IMG/VR virus record: IMGVR_UViG_3300008020_000017
Span: 1 to 35,497 of that record
Direction: 5' to 3' (one strand)
DNA length: 35,497 nt
Source: a virus
Taxonomy: Duplodnaviria > Caudoviricetes
A program made the translations under genes and the position numbers. The notes beneath the pieces were generated by a model that was not told the DNA's origin, made no database searches, and worked only from the letters and a program-made list of their open reading frames with translations. Of this stretch, positions 33,101 through 35,497 are shown piece after piece (within the stretch, counting starts at the first letter, position 1; every line of letters begins with the position of its first letter).

Positions 33101-35497
33101 GCACCATAGCGCCCTATGCGGGCCGGTTCATCGCCGATGTGACCGAGGGCAGGATCGACCCGTTCTCGGACGCCGCGCCAGAACAGGCCCCCGCCCCGGC
33201 ACGCCGCATCAACACCGAGACCGAAACCGAATATCAGGTTTATTACGAGCCGAAATCGAAGGCGCTGTTCCAGGTCGGAACCCTCGTTCCGCGCGCCATG
33301 CAGCAGGCCATGGGCCGGGCGCTCGACAGGATCGAGGCCCAGCACGGCGACATCGACAGTTACGTGGCCCGCGAGCTTGGGTACACCTATGATGAGGTCG
33401 TCGGGACACCTGAAAAGGAAGGCTATTTCTCCGCCGAGCAGGTCGACGCTCTGGCCATGGCGATCCTGAACGTCAGCCAGGGCAAGGGCTTCATCATCGG
33501 CGACCAGACCGGCGTGGGCAAGGGCCGCTTCGTCGCCGCCATGCTGCGCTACGGCGCCAGATTGGGGCGCATCCCGGTATTCGTGACCCAGAAACCAGGC
33601 CTTTACGCTGACATGATCCGCGATCTGCGCGACATCGGCATGCCCGAGGCGCAGGCACAGGTGATTGCGACGAACGCAGGGCTCGATCCGGTGCCGATCA
33701 ACGACGCCGATGACCTGTTCACCGGCGCCAAGCCGAAGGCGCTCAGGGAGCTGTTCACGGCCCTGCGCAACGGCAAGATGCCCGAAGGCAAGACCTATCT
33801 GTTTACAACCTACGACCAGATGGTGACGCAGAAAGGCGAATGGCCCGAACGTGCCAACGCGCTGATGGCCGCCGCCCCAAACGCCATGCTCATCATGGAC
33901 GAAAGCCACACGGCCGGCGGGCTCGCAAGCGGTCGGACTCAGGTGCGTGAAAAGGGCGCGCCCCCGGAGAACCGGGCGCAGTTTTTCCGCGATCTCGTCG
34001 GTCTGGCCTCCGGCACCGTCTTTTCGTCGGCCACCTATGCCAAGAACCCGAGCGTGATGTCGCTTTATGCCTCGACCAACCTCAACCTTGCGGTCGACGA
34101 CATCGAGAACCTGGCCTCAGCGATCACCAAGGGCGGTGTGCCCCTGTTGCAGGTGGTGGCAAACCAGCTCGTCGCCGACGGTCAGTATGTGCGCCGCGAA
34201 AAATCCTTCGACGGCATAGACTTCCTGCCCGCCGAACTGACCGCCCAGCGCGAGCATGCCATCGAGGTCGCCGCCATGGTCGGCGAAATGGCCCGGTTCG
34301 ACCGCGACACCATGGAGCCAATCCGTGAGGCCGTGAAGGACAGGCTGGGCGAGGAAGGGTTCATCGGCGTGGGCGACAGCGCCGTCGGGGTCAAGTCCAC
34401 CGCCAGCGCCGAGTTTTCCTCCACCGTCCACAACCTCGTGAGCCAGTTCCTTCTGGCGGTGAAGCTGGATGGTGCAGCAGACCTTGCCATCGAAGCCTGG
34501 AAGCGCGGCGAAAAACCCGTCCTGACCCTGATGAACGTGAACACGTCCATCATCGCCGAATACCTCTCGGCCAATGGCATCACCGAAGGCGACGATGTCT
34601 CCATCCCGTTTGCGGCCATCATGGACCGCTACCTTGAGCGCCTGCGGCAAATCACCGTCGAGACCACATCCGGCCAAAAGATCAAGCACCGGCTGTCCGA
34701 CGCCGATCTCGGAACCGCCGCCGTGACCGAGTTCGCCGCGCTGAGCGCCCGCATCGTCAACATGCCCCTCAAGGGGCTGACCGGATCGCCCGTGGACGCC
34801 ATTCTCGACAAGCTCCGCGACGTCGGCATGAAGGTTGACGAGATCACCGGGCGTCAGTCCGTGATCGACCACGGCACGGTGGCGCGGCGCATCAGCAGCC
34901 CTTCCGACAACAAGCGCCGCATGAACGAGTTCAACAATGGCGACCTTGACGCGCTGATCCTCTCCGCCTCCGGCTCCACCGGCTTCTCGCTCCATGCCAC
35001 CGGCAAGGGGCGGAACGACGGCAGGAAGCGCCGGATGATCGTCTTGCAGCCGCATGCCGACATCAACGTGTTCATGCAGACCCTCGGGCGCATCAACCGC
35101 ACCGGCCAGATTGTGCTGCCCGCCTACAGCCTCGCCTTCTCCGACCTTGCGATCGAGCGTCGTGCCGCCGCGATCCTGATGAAGAAGCTTGCCTCCCTCA
35201 ACGCCAACACCACCGCGAGCAAGAAGGGCGCCACGACCCTGACGGAGGTTGTCGATTTCGTGAACGAGGTGGGCGACGAGGTTGTTGCGGCCTACCTGCG
35301 CGAAGATCCGTTCCTCGTCATGCGCCTCGGGCTGACGGTGCCCGGTACGTCGAACGACCCAGAAAAGCGCGCGCCCGGCCTTGAGGACTTCGCCAAGAAG
35401 GCCACGGGCCGCTTCGTGTATCTGCACCCCGACGAGGTGACGCAGCATTTCGAGTCCATCGAGGCGGCCTATATCGACAGGATCGCCCAGCTCGAAC
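24187..35497 (+). CDS. Giant DarB-like polyvalent virion protein (>3770 aa, 3' end outside the window): InPase, LPD1, ParB-like, N6-adenine MTase, strawberry-notch SF2 helicase
   Basis: Absent from the ORF track because it has no stop. GTG 24187 follows an AAAGGA RBS and an in-frame TGA at 24148. Motifs: AEAGNYKHGH..HYGRFKGTVGADGDQVDVYIG..FDEHKV (about 28048-28460); RIDDFG, GFRGVTFG, LAHEWWH (29746), ELAARGFE; VLEGNNRIAVARKLG (31210); AFSTP, VLEPTAGNG (31879), NPPF (32059); GDQTGVGKG (33499), DESH (33898), STGFSLHA, QTLGRINRTGQ (35077). Confidence 0.92.
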   Translation, partial: MATTFGRNLVSEALDRERQRIALRARGILPGEKPAPAPTPPPSPSGASTAPSAPGAPTEAPATSTADPRSMMEDIARTTRVPANLLASIIEATGSTDAETAQRTATAAAQRIAPLLASGVSPEDAVRQILGDRADPVIQRAYDIGSEWTGGASKPVEKDGTVAGDLAAKAAQGIVGSGVGVTLRGAGELAAVTADAVNAPLNAISRAVLGEDVFSRAPVLGVQTSKTVKDWADETFGPMVSKGGQDAIRNTRISGNAIDPSTWDFGTDPSAYGIILQGVEVFGGMLPVVAAALLTGGAGAIAVGASQSAGDQAMASDETLTRMFETKGKDGKSVLEAESRTFRDYLARGMSEKDAFERTRADGARMAAIIAAPIGALGGKITQTLVSPGTKILAGRGIGARIAGRAGLGAAEEGVQEVAEVAGGRFGTNTATGTDIDLMENTLADFVLGAFAGGAIGAGGGAFSRREQPTPLPAPAPPLGLPAPAPQPPAGPDTGPVPAPAPMGAAPTPPAPPAPAPPPAGPLASALGSAPEPLMPEMPVGTRIRVDLDRGGSIDATYEGENALGVQIREPGATETLTIPREEIELGLSRISPVNTDRGVMTGDQLRAYAEQRLAEFDEKPDVTPRDEAFAQFIFDNIDNPDELAKALGVTIRDEGDGTDSGGMGPGGPGNAGQGPADPGAAPAGVQVPEPAGPNVGAVEDTPHPGAEQGPPVRPATPEQPVAVTPPPAKPQAPAPVVTPEPLDGSPDPEIVEFKRKGARMGRLIVVDHGKDGFEVRSDHNIPGYSSASGSINGRFPTRDAAVSAGIADIRAQVADIATGKSGSTSNTTRADARRILAWLDSIEPKAVEPVAPPVKPVPPKGGMKPLTPEEGEKLFLDALNEDEAADKPADAPAKPQEASVTGATDGAHARWARDVAANLPDGWTVTVEKGPVPYERIEFSTFTAPNGYTTQHNETSYATTYGKDRVAAAADMVKRSEAPTPPAKPRVTPPPKPADKPAAPVRRAEEVDEFKRKGKTLVRIVTFESDDGRFGADHDYEIPGFAGGAGPVSGQTTREAAKLAAARRVRTSVQDIADGKSGSAASPANIADARRILAWLDQAVPASKPADPAPAPAPEPTRAPISTFEMAKLARPVPLERYDELIAEVAGEPEARYSKLTDTRKIAFEDAIRAELAKPAVAPEPEPVKPADTSFDAFEFTRELTLAAGKTTYQGTTYLIEGGSQARGFFVSVSRPGEQTRVLIAGNRTRWRREDAIENALRDAFPDTRPDGGPDAGANVDTAAAEADPDPTPGQAEAGNYKHGHVTVQGMDIAIETAKDAMRKGTDADGKEWSTRMPAHYGRFKGTVGADGDQVDVYIGGEPESDFAMVVDQIDLKTGKFDEHKVIIGAKDKAEAIRVYKKSFSDGKGGARIGGTTEMTIAKLKELLVLPMDKPLVQAPIDQDGGKPGDKPGARIDDFGARIGRTRKEAARKLAASLATEIDPNGMTLSEAFPIPDYVALAADGVSTEAMTLIAMIRAAVPRKAGARRWGWNDKVQDARSLVRDVLDGGMSRNDYLADLSTYRGSDTIRLGNNPGDNFRVLMQMEPGDLHTASSEFEVASITTLKTDLGEVLFDGESKWRERFTIQKAGKYRGRSGLTTTNSADTATEEADVATLAAEMKRMVNALREYRSGRKSGDGEIKFQLRTWKGGGAAIFVVKPRILQLTPRFPTSTTARAYLEENREELEDKARLLRSGPKERRESNSPRKGPSWRTGNATEAMFIDGLGFRGVTFGKSLTQKERQARMNDTYDAMMDLAGILGVPVKTLSLNGALGIGFGTHGTGGKGHWAAVYMQSSDSTQDQVIALTRAGGAGTLAHEWWHAVDNFLARKDAAAGGAPATISGDKASRRTEFMSDRLQGASRLAPETAKAFESLRTALEKSDWKKRMDRFDHFKGKPYYGTVIELAARGFERMVIDQLAYRGMSSDFLSNINEVDGAYLTPVEFSRTGIGAAYEAALAAISAELNVKGETGPVLPDIIADRVPGEPAVGDTWDSPAGQREIIGYLHDIKPHLQQFTVTDPATGRTVDMNPVELFQAQIADAYGMTPLGQLEQAEKVAAVEAGETAKKAQEVRDAALAEKRAGHQAQKARAIAAIDDWINKTGKNPGVVKDRLGKEFSKTEVGRFTVGQFIVVLVERGDVVRTGTVDGKKSMGGFSEGQLTKLGLEFATFYEARWKAAEAQAEATKAASDKARDEFGFRADNPGGDWLIEKLLSADTYMKDPSFADTATGNGLSGATTGFFSKTLFLPSSILATLPGANGESPAPGQPKFDGLMADVERDGAFKADQSGNAVVIGVNHTGAAFVLEGNNRIAVARKLGVKTLRAEVRYWNGGEANTGPMTPAKVAAMASLESPGDMPVAPAEPNAPDGGMKPMSAEDGEKLFLDMLDQDEAGATPVDTPGPVAGEPRQITDAFLAEFRTGRSFRTIGQARKLAGETLGRGIGEGEYFMVEEAVELAVVLRAREIVAEDRARDGGPDPVAVYAELMELYNAQPILGERTPDKLRFQAFSTPAPLAYLVSRLAGIGPGTRVLEPTAGNGMLALDATPANVQANELQDSRTAQIATSLPGAQQTQMDALDLSPEPFDVLITNPPFGKLTDQATQKRKTWDMGVTSTKEIDHAIAWKMLGHMPDDGRAVLILGGIKKQLIGDARKKAYQERAKTTFFKQLYDTYNVVDHFTVAGDLYSRQGAAWPVDVIVIDGRSRSSREYPMKTPPDVLSSWVDLGRKLDDAPDVDTTERGPSVGDGLLNGTDLDVRGAVPGAAGSPAGTNGGEGDAGGSPGAGRKAVGRGPDGDGRVSVTGGRNAGSGVRGSDAGAGVAGQGGVAGAGEGLDKDGPGNGGGESGGLRDAPVSPPPTPGDKAADGMGDILKGIRAALNSIDPNKLNSGPAFLEDVYKALKPHFIAGIRKFADAAIDIVGMVKAMIAGLKAAGMTADEQRTIAPYAGRFIADVTEGRIDPFSDAAPEQAPAPARRINTETETEYQVYYEPKSKALFQVGTLVPRAMQQAMGRALDRIEAQHGDIDSYVARELGYTYDEVVGTPEKEGYFSAEQVDALAMAILNVSQGKGFIIGDQTGVGKGRFVAAMLRYGARLGRIPVFVTQKPGLYADMIRDLRDIGMPEAQAQVIATNAGLDPVPINDADDLFTGAKPKALRELFTALRNGKMPEGKTYLFTTYDQMVTQKGEWPERANALMAAAPNAMLIMDESHTAGGLASGRTQVREKGAPPENRAQFFRDLVGLASGTVFSSATYAKNPSVMSLYASTNLNLAVDDIENLASAITKGGVPLLQVVANQLVADGQYVRREKSFDGIDFLPAELTAQREHAIEVAAMVGEMARFDRDTMEPIREAVKDRLGEEGFIGVGDSAVGVKSTASAEFSSTVHNLVSQFLLAVKLDGAADLAIEAWKRGEKPVLTLMNVNTSIIAEYLSANGITEGDDVSIPFAAIMDRYLERLRQITVETTSGQKIKHRLSDADLGTAAVTEFAALSARIVNMPLKGLTGSPVDAILDKLRDVGMKVDEITGRQSVIDHGTVARRISSPSDNKRRMNEFNNGDLDALILSASGSTGFSLHATGKGRNDGRKRRMIVLQPHADINVFMQTLGRINRTGQIVLPAYSLAFSDLAIERRAAAILMKKLASLNANTTASKKGATTLTEVVDFVNEVGDEVVAAYLREDPFLVMRLGLTVPGTSNDPEKRAPGLEDFAKKATGRFVYLHPDEVTQHFESIEAAYIDRIAQLE
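26156..26359 (+). CDS. Putative nested gene (+1 frame) inside the giant protein, 67 aa, unknown function
   Basis: MAQTVAVWDRAAREMLDKGLLTPAQHRQVFKFLNQPG...LTQALNKVHLYALRPLNSRSL has protein-like composition and a purine-rich upstream region (AGGGATGAAGGTG). Host-frame codon bias collapses over this interval. Alternative ATG 26147. Confidence 0.55.
   Translation: MAQTVAVWDRAAREMLDKGLLTPAQHRQVFKFLNQPGQTSVPSRTPLTQALNKVHLYALRPLNSRSL
26443..27480 (+). repeat. Internal duplication of an 89-aa domain in the giant protein
   Basis: 26443-26709 and 27214-27480 both read EFKRKG...IPG(Y/F)...TR(D/E)AA...V.DIA.GKSGS...ADARRILAWLD. Confidence 0.85.
32477..32842 (+). CDS. Putative nested gene (+1 frame) in the MTase-helicase linker of the giant protein, 121 aa, unknown function
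   Basis: GGAAGGA RBS 9 nt before ATG 32477. MRLMWTPPSVDPLLGTVFSTERTLMSEAQYLGRLEARLERMVEKATRAEVRELEEKLWGEG...EVSLEDFVMHL is amphipathic-helical. The host frame here is low-complexity Gly-rich with many A/T-ending codons. Confidence 0.65.
   Translation: MRLMWTPPSVDPLLGTVFSTERTLMSEAQYLGRLEARLERMVEKATRAEVRELEEKLWGEGLMAMDVSPSRAAEMLVQECEALTLALASLDKVAWPVPEKAWIKTDPEMAEVSLEDFVMHL

Larger units (their letters stand above)
3560..35497 (+). mobile_element. Podovirus-type prophage morphogenesis module (Bcep22-like gene order); boundaries not visible
   Basis: Co-directional, tightly packed genes, many with overlapping stop/start codons, from terS to the DarB-like giant gene. No tape measure or sheath gene. 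No integrase or att site in the window. Confidence 0.9.

Noticed and set aside
1-35497. tRNA, rRNA, integrase, transposase, reverse transcriptase/DGR, holin-spanin cassette
   Set aside because: None recognised by eye; small RNAs cannot be excluded without a covariance-model search.

Overview
A high-GC window, probably from an alphaproteobacterium (inference), dominated by the + strand virion-morphogenesis module of a podovirus-type prophage (about 3560 to the window end). The gene order resembles Bcep22/BcepIL02-like phages: terS, terL, P22-type portal, scaffold, CsrA-like gene, N4-gp56-type major capsid, adaptors, nozzle, coiled-coil needle-like gene, GNAT, three ejection-type proteins (one with a lambda-type lysozyme), then a giant DarB-like polyvalent protein. 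That protein starts at 24187, exceeds 3770 aa, runs off the window and is absent from the ORF track; it carries InPase, LPD1, ParB-like, N6-adenine MTase and strawberry-notch helicase domains. Defence cargo sits in two places: an MmeI-like (Type IIL) R-M gene (also absent from the ORF track) plus an AT-rich pentapeptide-repeat membrane protein upstream of terS, and an inverted mcrB-mcrC cassette inside the head module. Four signals stand out. (1) Two apparently real genes are nested in the +1 frame of linkers of the giant protein. (2) A shared hairpin, GCGC-ATGAY-GTGC, lies in the leaders of the capsid and giant-protein genes and is a candidate operator for the CsrA-like protein. (3) A degenerate ~35-45 nt repeat family flanks only the accessory defence genes. 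(4) Four CCCACC repeats at exact 11-bp spacing lie upstream of the giant gene. All family calls are from motif recognition by eye; no searches were run.
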